Assembly (NCBI GenBank): GCA_934153945.1 | Contig: CAKPFM010000003.1 | Coordinates: 3,831 to 67,830, forward strand | DNA from: an uncultured Bacilli bacterium | GTDB lineage: Bacteria; Bacillota_I; Bacilli_A; RF39; UBA660 | Direction: 5' to 3' | DNA: 64,000 nt | Shown here: positions 49,709 to 60,612 of the stretch, in pieces | How positions within the stretch are numbered: the first letter of the stretch is position 1 | How the letters are laid out: each line of letters starts with the position of its first letter | Program-made: the position numbers and the translations under genes | The notes under the pieces: model-generated | The model's database searches: none | Told to the model about the DNA's origin: nothing | Seen by the model: only the letters and a program-made list of their open reading frames with translations

Positions 49709-50581
49709 TTATTCATTGCTTTCCCATCTAGCATATATACCACAAGGTAATACCAAATTGTTATTTAAAACAGGTAGTCCTATTTCATCAGCTTCTATTC
49801 TTCCATATGGATATTTTTTAAGTAAACTCATTTTCATTACATTTTCTAATACACTTTCTGATATACCAGTAGTATATGCATTCACTTGAAAAAACAAAGG
49901 TTTATCACTTAAAATATCCATACAAGCATGAATTAATTCCATTATTTTTTCTTCAAATTTCCATACTTCACCTGATGGACCCCTACCAAATGATGGCGGA
50001 TCCATTACTATAGCATCATATGTATTTCCTCTTCTTTTTTCCCTTAACACAAATTTTAAACAATCATCTACTATAAATCTTATTTTATTATTTTCTAAAT
50101 GAGATAATTTCATGTTTTCTTTAGCCCAATCAATCATTCCACGAGCAGCATCAACATGTACTACTTCAGTTGCTCCAGCATATGAACAAGCCATTGTTGC
50201 TGCACCTGTGTATGCAAATAAATTTAAAACTTTAATTGGTCTTTTAGCATTTTTAATCTTATTTATCATAAAATCCCAGTTTGCTGCTTGTTCAGGAAAT
50301 AAACCTGTATGTTTAAAATTAGTTGGACTTACTTTAAATGTTAAATCTTTGTAATTTACTGTCCAATATTCTGGTAATTTTTTTCTAAATTCCCAAGAAC
50401 CTCCACCTTTAGAACTTCTATGATAAAATCCATCTACCTTATCCCAAGAAGAATTTATATCAATATCCCACATAGCTTGAGGATCAGGTCTTCTTAGTAT
50501 AATACCATTCCATATTTCTAATTTTTCTTTATTTCCAGCATCTATTATTGTATAATCTTTCCACTCTTTACTTAATAACAT
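49709..50581 (-). CDS. class I SAM-dependent (rRNA) methyltransferase, RlmI/YbaJ-like
   Basis: SAM-binding motif VLNLFAYTGAATMA and the DPPSF motif typical of RlmI/RlmK-type rRNA m5C/m2G methyltransferases. Confidence 0.7.
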   Translation of the reverse strand: MLLSKEWKDYTIIDAGNKEKLEIWNGIILRRPDPQAMWDIDINSSWDKVDGFYHRSSKGGGSWEFRKKLPEYWTVNYKDLTFKVSPTNFKHTGLFPEQAANWDFMINKIKNAKRPIKVLNLFAYTGAATMACSYAGATEVVHVDAARGMIDWAKENMKLSHLENNKIRFIVDDCLKFVLREKRRGNTYDAIVMDPPSFGRGPSGEVWKFEEKIMELIHACMDILSDKPLFFQVNAYTTGISESVLENVMKMSLLKKYPYGRIEADEIGLPVLNNNLVLPCGIYARWESNE

Positions 50582-50588
50582 AAATCAC

Positions 50589-51011
50589 CTAATTATAACT
50601 AATATCTATCAATTTGTAACTTACAGCATCTGTAGCATCAATATCTAAATAACTTGCTTTAAATTTCCAAGTTTCTTCTGAACTAATTCTATCTATATAT
50701 GCATATGCGTTACCTAATATATTTCCTTCCAAATCATATATTGTATAACTTAATGTAACATCATAATATGTTTTTTTTGTATTATTTTTTAGTATTCCTT
50801 CTATATAGAATCCTTTTGTATCTTCATCATAAAAGCTGTTCATTTCTTTATTAATTGAAAATTTGTTTTTTTCTAAAATTATATTACCATATGAATCAAT
50901 ATCATATTTAAAATCATATAAATTAAACAAATTAAATGTAACTAACATTAAAAATATAAACACACCTAAAGTACATATAACAATTACCCAATTTGGTATT
51001 CCCTTTTTCAT
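50589..51011 (-). CDS. hypothetical membrane-anchored protein (140 aa)
   Basis: N-terminal TM followed by a beta-rich domain. Confidence 0.4.
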   Translation of the reverse strand: MKKGIPNWVIVICTLGVFIFLMLVTFNLFNLYDFKYDIDSYGNIILEKNKFSINKEMNSFYDEDTKGFYIEGILKNNTKKTYYDVTLSYTIYDLEGNILGNAYAYIDRISSEETWKFKASYLDIDATDAVSYKLIDISYN

Positions 51012-51108
51012 ATTATTCCTCTTTTCTTATCTAATTATATCACAATAATAGTTTTGATAAAAGAAAAACCTTGAAACAATTGTTCCAAGGTGAATAGTAC
51101 ATAGTATA

Positions 51109-51519
51109 TTAACGTTTTGAGAATTGAGGTGCTCTACGTGCTGCTTTAAGACCTGGTTTTTTACGTTCTTTACTTCTTGCATCACGAGTAACAAATCCAG
51201 CTCTTTTTAAAGTTGTTCTGTAACTTGTTTCGCTTCCTTCATTTGCTTTATCATATTCTAATAAAGCTCTAGTAATTCCTAAACGAATAGCTCCAGTTTG
51301 TCCTGAGAATCCTCCACCTGTTACATTAACTTCGATATCAAATGTGTTTTCATTATTTGTTGCTACTAAAGGTTGTTTTAAATCCATTATATTTGTTTCA
51401 TATGGAAAGAAATCTTTAACGTCTCTTCCATTAACAGTAATTTTACCTTTTCCAGCAGTCATTTTAACTTGAGCTACTGAAGATTTTCTTCTACCTGTTC
51501 CTGTAAATACTTTTGCCAT
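51109..51519 (-). CDS. rpsI: 30S ribosomal protein S9
   Basis: [10 protein letters not shown] ... C-terminal RRAPQFSKR. Confidence 0.95.
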   Translation of the reverse strand: MAKVFTGTGRRKSSVAQVKMTAGKGKITVNGRDVKDFFPYETNIMDLKQPLVATNNENTFDIEVNVTGGGFSGQTGAIRLGITRALLEYDKANEGSETSYRTTLKRAGFVTRDARSKERKKPGLKAARRAPQFSKR

Positions 51520-51530
51520 TTAAAACCCTC

Positions 51531-51965
51531 CTATTTAACTTTCATTTCCACTGGTTTTTGTGCCATATGTGGATGTTCTGAACCTTCATAAACAAATAAT
51601 TTTTTATACATTTGACGTCCTAGTCTTCCTTTTGGAAGCATTCCTTTAACTGCTCTTTCAATCATTTCAACTGGGTAATTATCTCTCATAACTCTAGCAG
51701 TTCTTTCTCTTAAACCACCAGTATATCCGCTATGATTGTAATAGATTTTATCATCTAATTTTTTACCTGTTAAATTAACTTTTGAAGCGTTAACAACAAT
51801 AACGAAGTCTCCACAATCCATATGTGGTGTGTATGTAGGTTTATGTTTTCCTCTTAAAACAGTTGCTACTTTAGTAGCTACACGTCCTAAGTTTTCTCCC
51901 TCAGCATCGATTACATACCAATTACGTACTAAATCTTCTTTCTTTTGCATATATGTGTTTTTCAT
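51531..51965 (-). CDS. rplM: 50S ribosomal protein L13
   Basis: Full-length L13 (WYVIDAEG...GRVAT..A..L.GKHKP). Confidence 0.95.
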   Translation of the reverse strand: MKNTYMQKKEDLVRNWYVIDAEGENLGRVATKVATVLRGKHKPTYTPHMDCGDFVIVVNASKVNLTGKKLDDKIYYNHSGYTGGLRERTARVMRDNYPVEMIERAVKGMLPKGRLGRQMYKKLFVYEGSEHPHMAQKPVEMKVK

Positions 51966-52110
51966 AAAAACAAATCCTTTCTATAATTTGAAATAGATGT
52001 TCCCAATATCTATTTCTTTGGGATATAGAAAATGTACCAATTATGATTATATTAAAAAGTATGTTTAAAGTCAATATTTTTTTACTTTTTATGGTAAAAA
52101 AACTTAATAT

Positions 52111-52707
52111 TTATACTTTTTTTATTTCATTAATATAATTATTTACTTTTGTAGCCCATGTTTTACTCTCAGCATATTTATGATTCATAGCTTCAGGAGT
52201 AGTTAAACCATAAGCATAATAATTTTTAGCAATGTTTTCTATAAACTTAGTAATACCTTCTTCTAATGTATCAAATTTTCTATATGAACCACTACCACAA
52301 CTAGGTTTTCCTTTCATACCACCTACGTTATTACATTCTCTTGTTAGCTTACTACAACCCCATTTGCATCCTGTTTCATGCATTGAAATTGCTACTGCTA
52401 AGTATGGATCTACCCCTAATTCAATCGATTTAGAAGCATATACCATTCCCATACCACTTAAGTTTGATTTTAAATATCTATTTAGTTTCTCTGCTAATTC
52501 ATTTAATGTCATTCCATCATAGACAATTTCTTCAGTAAGAATAGGTTCAATTTCAGTTATTTCCTCTGCTATTTCTACTTTTGGTTCATATTTTACTTCT
52601 TTTTCTACCTCTTGATTAAAAAAACATTTACTAATTACAATATAACCAACTACACAATCAATTAAAGATATAATAATGATTAATATTGTAGATTTATTTA
52701 TTTTCAC
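52111..52707 (-). CDS. membrane-anchored glucosaminidase-domain protein (FlgJ/LytD-like N-acetylglucosaminidase)
   Basis: N-terminal TM. VAISMHETGCKWGCSKL...NNVGGMKG resembles the glucosaminidase (PF01832) catalytic region. Confidence 0.55.
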   Translation of the reverse strand: MKINKSTILIIIISLIDCVVGYIVISKCFFNQEVEKEVKYEPKVEIAEEITEIEPILTEEIVYDGMTLNELAEKLNRYLKSNLSGMGMVYASKSIELGVDPYLAVAISMHETGCKWGCSKLTRECNNVGGMKGKPSCGSGSYRKFDTLEEGITKFIENIAKNYYAYGLTTPEAMNHKYAESKTWATKVNNYINEIKKV

Positions 52708-52817
52708 AAATATTCACCTCTTAATTGAATGAATTAATTCTATCAAATATTACTTAATAAGTCAAATTGACATATCTAACAATATGCATTATAATTATTA
52801 ATACAGGGAGTGATAAA

Positions 52818-53198
52818 ATGAAAAATTTAACACCAAATATGGTAAAATTATTTTTAATACATGCTAAGGAAAACAATATCTCAGAAGTAAGTCTTAATGA
52901 ATTAAGAAACAGTTTTTTTGAATTTAAAAATTCTGAAAAATATGGCACAATTTTACAAGATTACCAATATGATGAAGATAATATTTGCTTTAAATATGAA
53001 AGTGAAATATTACACATAATTAAAGACAAAAAATTAAATAGTAACCAAAATTTAGAAGATCCTCATTATTACTTATATATATATGATATTGACACTTCAT
53101 ATAGAGATAATTTTTCACCAGAATTAAATAATTTATGTGACCAAATGGTTTTAGATTATAGAAAACTTAATATGAAAAAGCAAAAAGTTAAAATTTAA
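52818..53198 (+). CDS. hypothetical protein
   Basis: ORF preceded by GGGAG. The track start at 52767 would begin inside the previous gene's promoter region. No motif. Confidence 0.3.
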   Translation: MKNLTPNMVKLFLIHAKENNISEVSLNELRNSFFEFKNSEKYGTILQDYQYDEDNICFKYESEILHIIKDKKLNSNQNLEDPHYYLYIYDIDTSYRDNFSPELNNLCDQMVLDYRKLNMKKQKVKI

Positions 53199-54759
53199 CT
53201 TTTTTTATTTCGTCTACAAAGATTGATTTTTTATTTACTGGTATTAATAAATATACTTCATTTTTTGTCCTAGTAAGTGCTACATAAAATAATCTTCTTT
53301 CTTCTTCGTATGGATAATAATCTTTTTTATTTAGTACAAATCTTAGTATTTTATCATCTTCTATTTGACTTGGAAAACCTAATAATTTATCTTCCATATT
53401 TATTATAATTACATTATCACTTTCTAACCCTTTTGATTTATGAACAGTATAATATTTCATTTTAATATCTTTATTTTTTAGAAAAATCAAATCATTATTA
53501 CTCAAAATAAAATCATCATTTATTACAGAATTTATATCTTTATTATTTCTACCTAATATCATTATTTCTTTTTTAGTTTTATTATATATATCAATTATTA
53601 ATTTTTTAAATATTTCTTTCTTATTGTTATAATAAATATATTTAATAGGTTTATCTAAATGTTTACGCGATTGTAAATTTTTTTTAATTTGTTTTTTATT
53701 TTTTAATATAAATTTTGATGTAATATTAATTAGTTCTAAAGAATTTCTATATGTATTTTCTATTTTCATTATATTAGAATCTTTAAAATATTTTTTAAAA
53801 TTAACAAATATATCTAAATTACATCCAGTAAATCTATATATTGATTGAAAATCATCTCCTACGGCAAGTAAATGAGCATTTGTTTTTTCTAATATATTTT
53901 TTATTAAATTAAATTTAACATATGATGTATCTTGATATTCATCAATAATTATATATTTATATTTCTTTTTTATTCCATTTTTTAAAACTAATTTATTAGC
54001 AAGATGTAGCATATCATCAAAATCTAGTTCATTTTGAGATTTTAATTCTAGTTCATATAATGAATGTATTTTATATATTATTTTTAACAATATTAATTCT
54101 TTTTTATTTATATTTTTTTTAAATATCTTTTTATAATAATCTAGATTATCATATGATGACTTATATAAATGAATAAAAGTTGAAATTAGTTTATCTAATT
54201 GACTAATATATTCATTACTATAATATTTTTGTAATATTTTTTTTAATTCTTCTTGTTCTAGTATTTCTTTTATTACAATATCTAAATAATTATTGGCAAT
54301 ACTAAATTCTTGTGTTTTTTCTCTTATAATATTTAATCCTAATTTATGAAATGTTAAAACATCTATATCATAATTATAATATTTTTTTAATTTATTTTTT
54401 AAAGAATTACATGCTTCATTAGTAAATGATATACATAATATATCATTTTGTTTAATATTTTTTCTTTCTATCAAATATTTAATTTTGCCTATAATTGTTA
54501 AGCTTTTACCACTACCAGCACCGGCAATTACTAAAGTTTTTTCTTCATCAGTGACAACTATTTGTCTTTGTGCATCATCTAATTTATAACCACAAATATC
54601 GTCAAGCAAATATTCGGCTTCTTCTAATTCCTTTTTTATATAATTTTTATTATGCTTTTTTCTATTTATAAATAGATAATCATGTCTAAATTTCCAATTT
54701 TTATGTTCTTTTTTATTTATTTTGTAGCAAGTTTCAAATTTCTTTTTAATATTTATCAC
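53188..54759 (-). CDS. UvrD/Rep-family SF1 helicase (short form)
   Basis: Walker A AGAGSGKS, motif Ia ILCISFTNEA, Walker B IIDEYQD, and later helicase motifs (VGDDFQSIY, TVHKSKGLE). Confidence 0.7.
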   Translation of the reverse strand: MINIKKKFETCYKINKKEHKNWKFRHDYLFINRKKHNKNYIKKELEEAEYLLDDICGYKLDDAQRQIVVTDEEKTLVIAGAGSGKSLTIIGKIKYLIERKNIKQNDILCISFTNEACNSLKNKLKKYYNYDIDVLTFHKLGLNIIREKTQEFSIANNYLDIVIKEILEQEELKKILQKYYSNEYISQLDKLISTFIHLYKSSYDNLDYYKKIFKKNINKKELILLKIIYKIHSLYELELKSQNELDFDDMLHLANKLVLKNGIKKKYKYIIIDEYQDTSYVKFNLIKNILEKTNAHLLAVGDDFQSIYRFTGCNLDIFVNFKKYFKDSNIMKIENTYRNSLELINITSKFILKNKKQIKKNLQSRKHLDKPIKYIYYNNKKEIFKKLIIDIYNKTKKEIMILGRNNKDINSVINDDFILSNNDLIFLKNKDIKMKYYTVHKSKGLESDNVIIINMEDKLLGFPSQIEDDKILRFVLNKKDYYPYEEERRLFYVALTRTKNEVYLLIPVNKKSIFVDEIKKVKF

Positions 54760-54879
54760 ATCATTTTTTGTTAGATATTTATTTTCAAAACATCTATAAA
54801 AATTATTTATGATAATATCACTCCTTTGAACATCTATTTTATATAATAAATTATATATTGTAAAGAAAAAAACAAATAT

Positions 54880-55143
54880 TTATTTATTTGTTTCATAATA
54901 GTACTTATATTCTGATAATCTTGATGACAAGTTTTCTAAATCTAAAGCATCAGAATCATCATTTAAATATTCTTCTATTTCAAAAATTAATTCATCAGTG
55001 CTTATACATCTTTCATAGTTAATACCATATTTTTTTAATATGTTAATTTCTTCATCACTTAGTAAAATTCCATTATTTCTTCTTTTTAAAAATGACTTTG
55101 AAACATCTATATTTTTAATAAATTCATCAAAATTATTTTCCAT
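54880..55143 (-). CDS. hypothetical small acidic protein (87 aa)
   Basis: ORF overlapping the upstream gene end by 11 nt. No motif. Confidence 0.3.
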   Translation of the reverse strand: MENNFDEFIKNIDVSKSFLKRRNNGILLSDEEINILKKYGINYERCISTDELIFEIEEYLNDDSDALDLENLSSRLSEYKYYYETNK

Positions 55144-56371
55144 TTTTTAACTCATTAATCGCACTGATTAAACCTAATTTACCATATTCATAAGCAAGTC
55201 CACCTTGTTGATAAGCAATATATGGATCTCGTAGTGGTCCATCGCAGGATAATTCTATTGATGACCCTTGTGTAAAAGCACCAGAGGCCATTATAACTTG
55301 ATCATCATATCCTGGCATATCCCATGGCATTGGTATGGCGAATGAATCTATTGGAGAACCTTTTTGAATACCAACACAGTATTTAATTAAATCTTCTCTA
55401 TTACCAAAGATAATATTTTGAACAATATCGGCTCTTTCTTCATTATATCTAGGTTCTACTTGATAACCCATATCCTCTAAAACTTTACTTGTTAAAATTG
55501 CTGTTTTAAGGGCTGAACCTACTACACTTGGAGCTAAAAATAAACCTTGTAATATTTGTTTATTTATACCTAAAGTAGGTCCTACTTCTTTTCCTTCTCC
55601 TGGAACAGTTAGTCTTTCAGCAGCTAATTCTATTAAATCTTTTTTACCAACTATATAGGCACCATTAGGGGCAATACCTCCACCTAAGTTTTTAATTAAT
55701 GAACCAACTACTATATCTGCTCCTACTTCTGTTGGTTCCTTATCACTAACAAACTCACAATAACAATTATCAATCATAATAATAGTTTCAGGACTTATAT
55801 TTTTTATAAAAGTAATAACGCGCTCTAATGATTCAATTGTAATACTTTTTCTAGTAGAATATCCTTTAGATCTCTGTATTTCTATTACCTTAATTTTTTT
55901 TGATTTTAGTATTTTTTCTATTTGTTCATAATCAAATTCATTATCTACTAAATCTATTTGTTCATAATTAATTCCATATGATTTTAAAGAACTTTTGTTT
56001 TCTTTAATTCCAATTACTTCATGTAATGTATCATAAGGAAGCCCGCTGATACTTAGTAATATATCATTTGGTCTAAGTAGTGCGAAAAGACATACAGTTA
56101 AAGCATGTGAACCTGATATAAATTGACTTCTAACTAGTGCATCTTCACAATTAAATATATCAGAATATATTTTTTCTATTGTATCCCTACCTATATCATT
56201 GTATCCATAACCAGTTGTTGAACTAAAATGTGATTCAGATAAATTATTTTTTTGAAAAGCTTCTAATACCTTTAAACTATTTTTTTCTACTAATAAATCA
56301 ATATTATTAAATTGAACTTGTAATTCTTTTTCTTTAGAATGTATTAAATTTATTATTTCACTATTACCCAT
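55133..56371 (-). CDS. aluminium-resistance-family / Cys-Met-metabolism PLP-dependent enzyme
   Basis: 412 aa with a PLP-lyase-like fold. Overall pattern resembles the YnbB/aluminium resistance protein family. Confidence 0.6.
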   Translation of the reverse strand: MGNSEIINLIHSKEKELQVQFNNIDLLVEKNSLKVLEAFQKNNLSESHFSSTTGYGYNDIGRDTIEKIYSDIFNCEDALVRSQFISGSHALTVCLFALLRPNDILLSISGLPYDTLHEVIGIKENKSSLKSYGINYEQIDLVDNEFDYEQIEKILKSKKIKVIEIQRSKGYSTRKSITIESLERVITFIKNISPETIIMIDNCYCEFVSDKEPTEVGADIVVGSLIKNLGGGIAPNGAYIVGKKDLIELAAERLTVPGEGKEVGPTLGINKQILQGLFLAPSVVGSALKTAILTSKVLEDMGYQVEPRYNEERADIVQNIIFGNREDLIKYCVGIQKGSPIDSFAIPMPWDMPGYDDQVIMASGAFTQGSSIELSCDGPLRDPYIAYQQGGLAYEYGKLGLISAINELKNGK

Positions 56372-56399
56372 AATACCACGTATAATCTAATTATGGTCT

Positions 56400-57900
56400 A
56401 AATGACCTATATTAGATCCCTTTCTATTTATATTTTTTATATAACTTTTTAGGGTTATAATATTTAAGCACTGTGGATTTGTATCTATAATACTCCGGCT
56501 TTGACTGGTTTGAGGTGACAACTACCACAGGCTTTTATTTTTATTGGTAATTAGTTAGTTAACGCATTGACGTTTTATATCCTACGTGAATCCATAAATA
56601 GAAGTACCTGTGTCAAAACATACAGTGCATTAATACTAATTAGGAGGTGTTTTTATGTATTTTGTTGGTATTGATATTTCAAAATACAAGCATGACTGTT
56701 TCATTTGTACTGAAACAGGTGTAGTAATTGAAGAAAATTTATCCTTCCAAAACACCAATGAAGGATTCAATCAATTACTTAATTTATTAAATTCTCTAGA
56801 TAATAATCATGAAATTAGGATAGGATTTGAAGCTACTGGTCATTATGGTATGAACCTTAAGCTATTCCTTGAAAAGAACAACTATTCTTTTATGGAATTT
56901 AATCCTGCTTTGGTCAAGCAATTCATCAAAGGTCAAACCCTTAAAAGAACTAAAACAGACAAGAAAGATGCATTCCAAATTACCAAGTATCTTATGTCTG
57001 TGGATTACAAATCCCATCCAAATCAATTTTATCACAAATTTTCTTTAAAATCTCTATCTAGAAAAAGAGATAAATTAATTACTCAACGTTCATACTATTT
57101 GAATCAAATAACCAATATTTTGGATTTGATTTTTCCAGAGTTTAAACCTTTATTTGATAATGAGTTTTCTGTCACATCTCTTTATATTTTGAATAAATAT
57201 AAAACTCCTGATAAAATCAAAAATATGAAAGACTTTGATTCTATTAATAAAGTTGCTAGAGGCAAATTTTCTTATGCTAAATTTTTAAAAATCAAAGATG
57301 CTGCTAAAAATACTATTGGTCAATCTGATGATTATTTAGAATTTGATTTTCAAAATATGCTTGACCTTTACAATAATATTAATTCTACAATCAAAAAATA
57401 TGATGATAAAATTGAAGCAATTATTAAAGAACTTAATCCTCCAACTCTTTCTATTAAAGGAATTGGTCCTATTTCATGTGCAGCTATTATTTCTGAATTC
57501 GGTGATGTTTCTAGATTTAAATCTGCTGACGCTATGGTTGCTTTTGCTGGTATTGAACCTAGTATTTCGGAATCCGGAACAGAACAACATGATGGTAAAA
57601 TGGTTAAACATGGTTCTGGTCATTTAAGATATCATCTTTTAAATGCTGCTGATTATGTTTTTTTACATGAATCTATATTCACAGAATTCTATTATAAAAA
57701 ACGTAATGAAGGTAAGACTCATAGAGTTGCCTTATCTCATGTTGCTAAAAAACTTGTTAGAATTATTTATAAATTAGAATCTGAAAATATCACTTTTAAA
57801 TCTGATATAAAATAATTGGTGTATTATTTTATATTTTCATAATATTGCAACATAAAGTTTTAAAAATTGTTATTTTTAAAACCTTTTTGGTGTGGAATAA
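56400..57900 (+). mobile_element. IS110-family insertion sequence (approximate boundaries)
   Basis: Intact IS110-type transposase gene preceded by an about 250-nt leader that is more GC-rich than its surroundings. IS110 elements lack terminal inverted repeats, so the ends cannot be fixed from this sequence. Confidence 0.55.
56655..57815 (+). CDS. IS110-family transposase
   Basis: N-terminal DEDD domain (YFVGIDISKYKHD...GFEATGHY). C-terminal Transposase_20 region (GIGPISCAAIISEFGDVSRF). AGGAGG RBS. Confidence 0.9.
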   Translation: MYFVGIDISKYKHDCFICTETGVVIEENLSFQNTNEGFNQLLNLLNSLDNNHEIRIGFEATGHYGMNLKLFLEKNNYSFMEFNPALVKQFIKGQTLKRTKTDKKDAFQITKYLMSVDYKSHPNQFYHKFSLKSLSRKRDKLITQRSYYLNQITNILDLIFPEFKPLFDNEFSVTSLYILNKYKTPDKIKNMKDFDSINKVARGKFSYAKFLKIKDAAKNTIGQSDDYLEFDFQNMLDLYNNINSTIKKYDDKIEAIIKELNPPTLSIKGIGPISCAAIISEFGDVSRFKSADAMVAFAGIEPSISESGTEQHDGKMVKHGSGHLRYHLLNAADYVFLHESIFTEFYYKKRNEGKTHRVALSHVAKKLVRIIYKLESENITFKSDIK

Positions 57901-58057
57901 AATTCTTTTTAAGATTTTTAATTAAAATGACTTGACTTCTTATAGTTAGTCACCTCATGTACATAATATAACACAACTAATAAGTAAAATACAAATTTTT
58001 TTATTTACTAATACATTTTAAATTACATTATGTTATAATACTAATCGAGGTGATTAA

Positions 58058-59708
58058 CTTGAAAAAATTATTTATAGTAATTTTCATAATTTTCAGTATA
58101 AATGTAAAAGCGTATACCAGTAGTGATGCTGAATACAATCATGGATATATCATGCCAGATTTATATAATACTGGATACACATCTAGTTTTGATGAATTAG
58201 TTGATATAGAAATAAAATATCCCGATATAAATTGTTATTCAGGGCTATGTGATATAAATAAGAAGTTTATTGAAAAATATGGTTCTATTATTGATGGATT
58301 TAAAACTGATAAAATGATAAGAATAAATGCTGTAGATAATGTTACAATTAAAAACTTTTATATTAACAACAATACTTGGTATGGTATTAATGTTGTAGCC
58401 TATAATGGTGATAAATATCCTGAAAATATTTTAATTGAAAATGGCGAAATAATGGGTACTAAAGCTGCTGCTATTAACGGAAGTAATATTACAGTAAAAA
58501 AAATGTATATTCACGACTATGGTAATGATGCATTCAAAATTGGTAGTAATCAATATATTATTTCAAATTATATAACTAGTGGTGGATTAGGAGATGGAGC
58601 TCATGCTGATGGTGCTCAATTAAGTTTTGGTCCTATTAATAATGTCAATTTTTTTGGAAATAGATTTGATATGATCGGATTTAATTCAATTGATGGTAAA
58701 AAATATAAAGCAAATGCTATTTTCTTTTTATCATTAGAAAAAGGAGATGCAAGTAATATAAATATTAAATATAATTGGATTAATGGTGGCGGATATACTG
58801 TATATTTTGCTGAAGCCGAAAATTCCAATTTAAGTAATATTACATTTCAAGAAAACATTATTGGAAATGGATATAGATTCGGATATTATTGTAATAATTA
58901 TAATAAATTAATAAATGGTTATGATACGCAAATTTATATGGATGATGTTAATTTACCAAATATTGGTAGCATTGTATATTTAAATAATAATTCAATAATT
59001 AATAATTTAGATAAAGTTAATAATCAAATAAAGGTTATTGTAAATAGTTCTAACTATACTTCAAATGAACAAATAATATTAGTCAAGGTAGAATTATATG
59101 ATTATAACAATAAACTAATAAGCAGTAAAAAACAAACTACAACATTGATAAAAAATATGAAGGGAAAAGAATTTGCTAATAAACAAAATATATCATTTAA
59201 TATGTTTCCAAAAGATATTAAAACAACACTAACAATTGATTTACCAAACGACATTAATGGGTATTATATTAAAACTACAGCATATAAAAATGATGAAAAC
59301 GGTACAATTTTAAGAACTAGTAAAATAATTAATACAAAACCCGGCAATATTAAAAGCACTGAAAATGTAAATAATAAACAAAATAATGCAAATATTAAAA
59401 ATGAAGAAAACAATAATGTTAATAATGTAAACAATAAACAAAATAATACAAATATTAAAAATGAAGAAAACAATAATGTTAATAATGTAAATAATAAATC
59501 AGAAGAAATAAAATCTAATAATAACACAAATGAAAATAATGTAATTGATAATTCTAATCTAGAAGCTAATAATGATAAAACAGATAACAAAGAAATGATA
59601 ATAAATGAAACAAATAATAATATTGATATAGATTTAATAGGAATTATAATAATTGCTTTTATAGAAATTTGTGTAGCAATCATAGTTATAATAAAACATA
59701 AGAAATAA
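58058..59708 (+). CDS. surface protein with right-handed parallel beta-helix (pectin-lyase-fold) domain, Asn-rich tandem repeats and C-terminal TM anchor
   Basis: Signal peptide MKKLFIVIFIIFSINVKA, likely from the TTG at 58058 (GAGGTG RBS). Beta-helix repeats (NGSNITVKKMYIHDYGNDAF...). Two 20-aa repeats NVNNKQNNxNIKNEENNNVN. C-terminal hydrophobic helix plus KHKK. Confidence 0.55.
59364..59498. repeat. 60-nt tandem repeat, about 2.25 copies, inside the beta-helix surface protein gene
   Basis: Near-identical 60-nt units beginning aatgtaaataataaacaaaataat..., differing at only a few positions. Confidence 0.7.
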
Positions 59709-59785
59709 AGTTAATGCTTTATTTTTTTAGTTGATAAAAAATAAATTTTATGTTATTATAACTTACTAATTAAGGGGTGTATTAC

Positions 59786-60448
59786 ATGGAAGATGTAATT
59801 AAAGATGCAAAATATTGTTTAAATATAATCAATGGATTCATTGATGGTAGAAGAAATTTTGGAAAAATATATAGAAATACTAATGAAAATTTATCTAAAA
59901 TTTTTTCAAACTATAATTTTGAAAATAAAAATGTTTTAAGTGTTCTAGCATCAGGCGATCAAGTATTTTCAAGTTACTATTTAGGGGCTAATAATGTTGA
60001 TACATTTGATTCAAATATACTGACATATTATTATTTTTTTCTAAAAAAATGGACTATTTTAAAAACTAGTAAAACATATATTCCAGCATCTAATAAAGAA
60101 CTATTAGAAATCATTAAATTACATGATAATAGTGAGGAAGAAATTAATGCATCATATTTTTGGAAATATACACTTTTAAATATTAACACTTCATTATATT
60201 ATTCAGAATTATTTTATAAAGGTCTTGCTCTATATAAATTACCATATGAAAATGATATAAATAATCTAAAAAAAATTATTATAAATAAAAAGCCAAATTA
60301 TAATAACTTCGATTTATTTAAACCAATAAATACTAATAAAAAATATGAAATAATTATTTTATCAAACATGTTGGAATACTTATATGATAATGAAGAAAAT
60401 AAAAAAATATATAATATTACAGCTAGTAATATATATAATTTATTATAA
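59786..60448 (+). CDS. hypothetical protein (about 220 aa)
   Basis: AAGGGG RBS 7 nt upstream of the ATG at 59786. The track's GTG start at 59777 overlaps the RBS. No motif. Confidence 0.4.
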   Translation: MEDVIKDAKYCLNIINGFIDGRRNFGKIYRNTNENLSKIFSNYNFENKNVLSVLASGDQVFSSYYLGANNVDTFDSNILTYYYFFLKKWTILKTSKTYIPASNKELLEIIKLHDNSEEEINASYFWKYTLLNINTSLYYSELFYKGLALYKLPYENDINNLKKIIINKKPNYNNFDLFKPINTNKKYEIIILSNMLEYLYDNEENKKIYNITASNIYNLL

Positions 60449-60612
60449 GAAAATGGAATAGCCATATCATCAAACATTATTGATTACAATTATCAAGGAA
60501 ACAAAATATTTGAAAAACATCTAGAATACATTGAGGGACCACTTGATAAAAACAATATATACAATAAAAATAAACCAATATGTTATGTTTATAAGAAAAG
60601 GAAAAATAAGTA

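Noticed and set aside
56400-56650. Relatively GC-rich 250-nt segment that briefly looked like a structured RNA, tRNA or riboswitch
   Set aside because: No cloverleaf or known riboswitch consensus is discernible. It sits exactly where an IS110 5' leader is expected, so it is attributed to the insertion sequence.
57840-57900. Inverted repeat gttttaaaaat/atttttaaaac after the IS110 transposase gene
   Set aside because: It could be a terminator or an IS-end structure. It is too AT-rich and ambiguous to assign, and is folded into the approximate IS boundary instead.
59264-59683. 139-aa minus-strand ORF (MIATQISIKAII...)
   Set aside because: Antisense to the repeat region of the beta-helix surface protein gene. 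A mirror-image low-complexity artefact.
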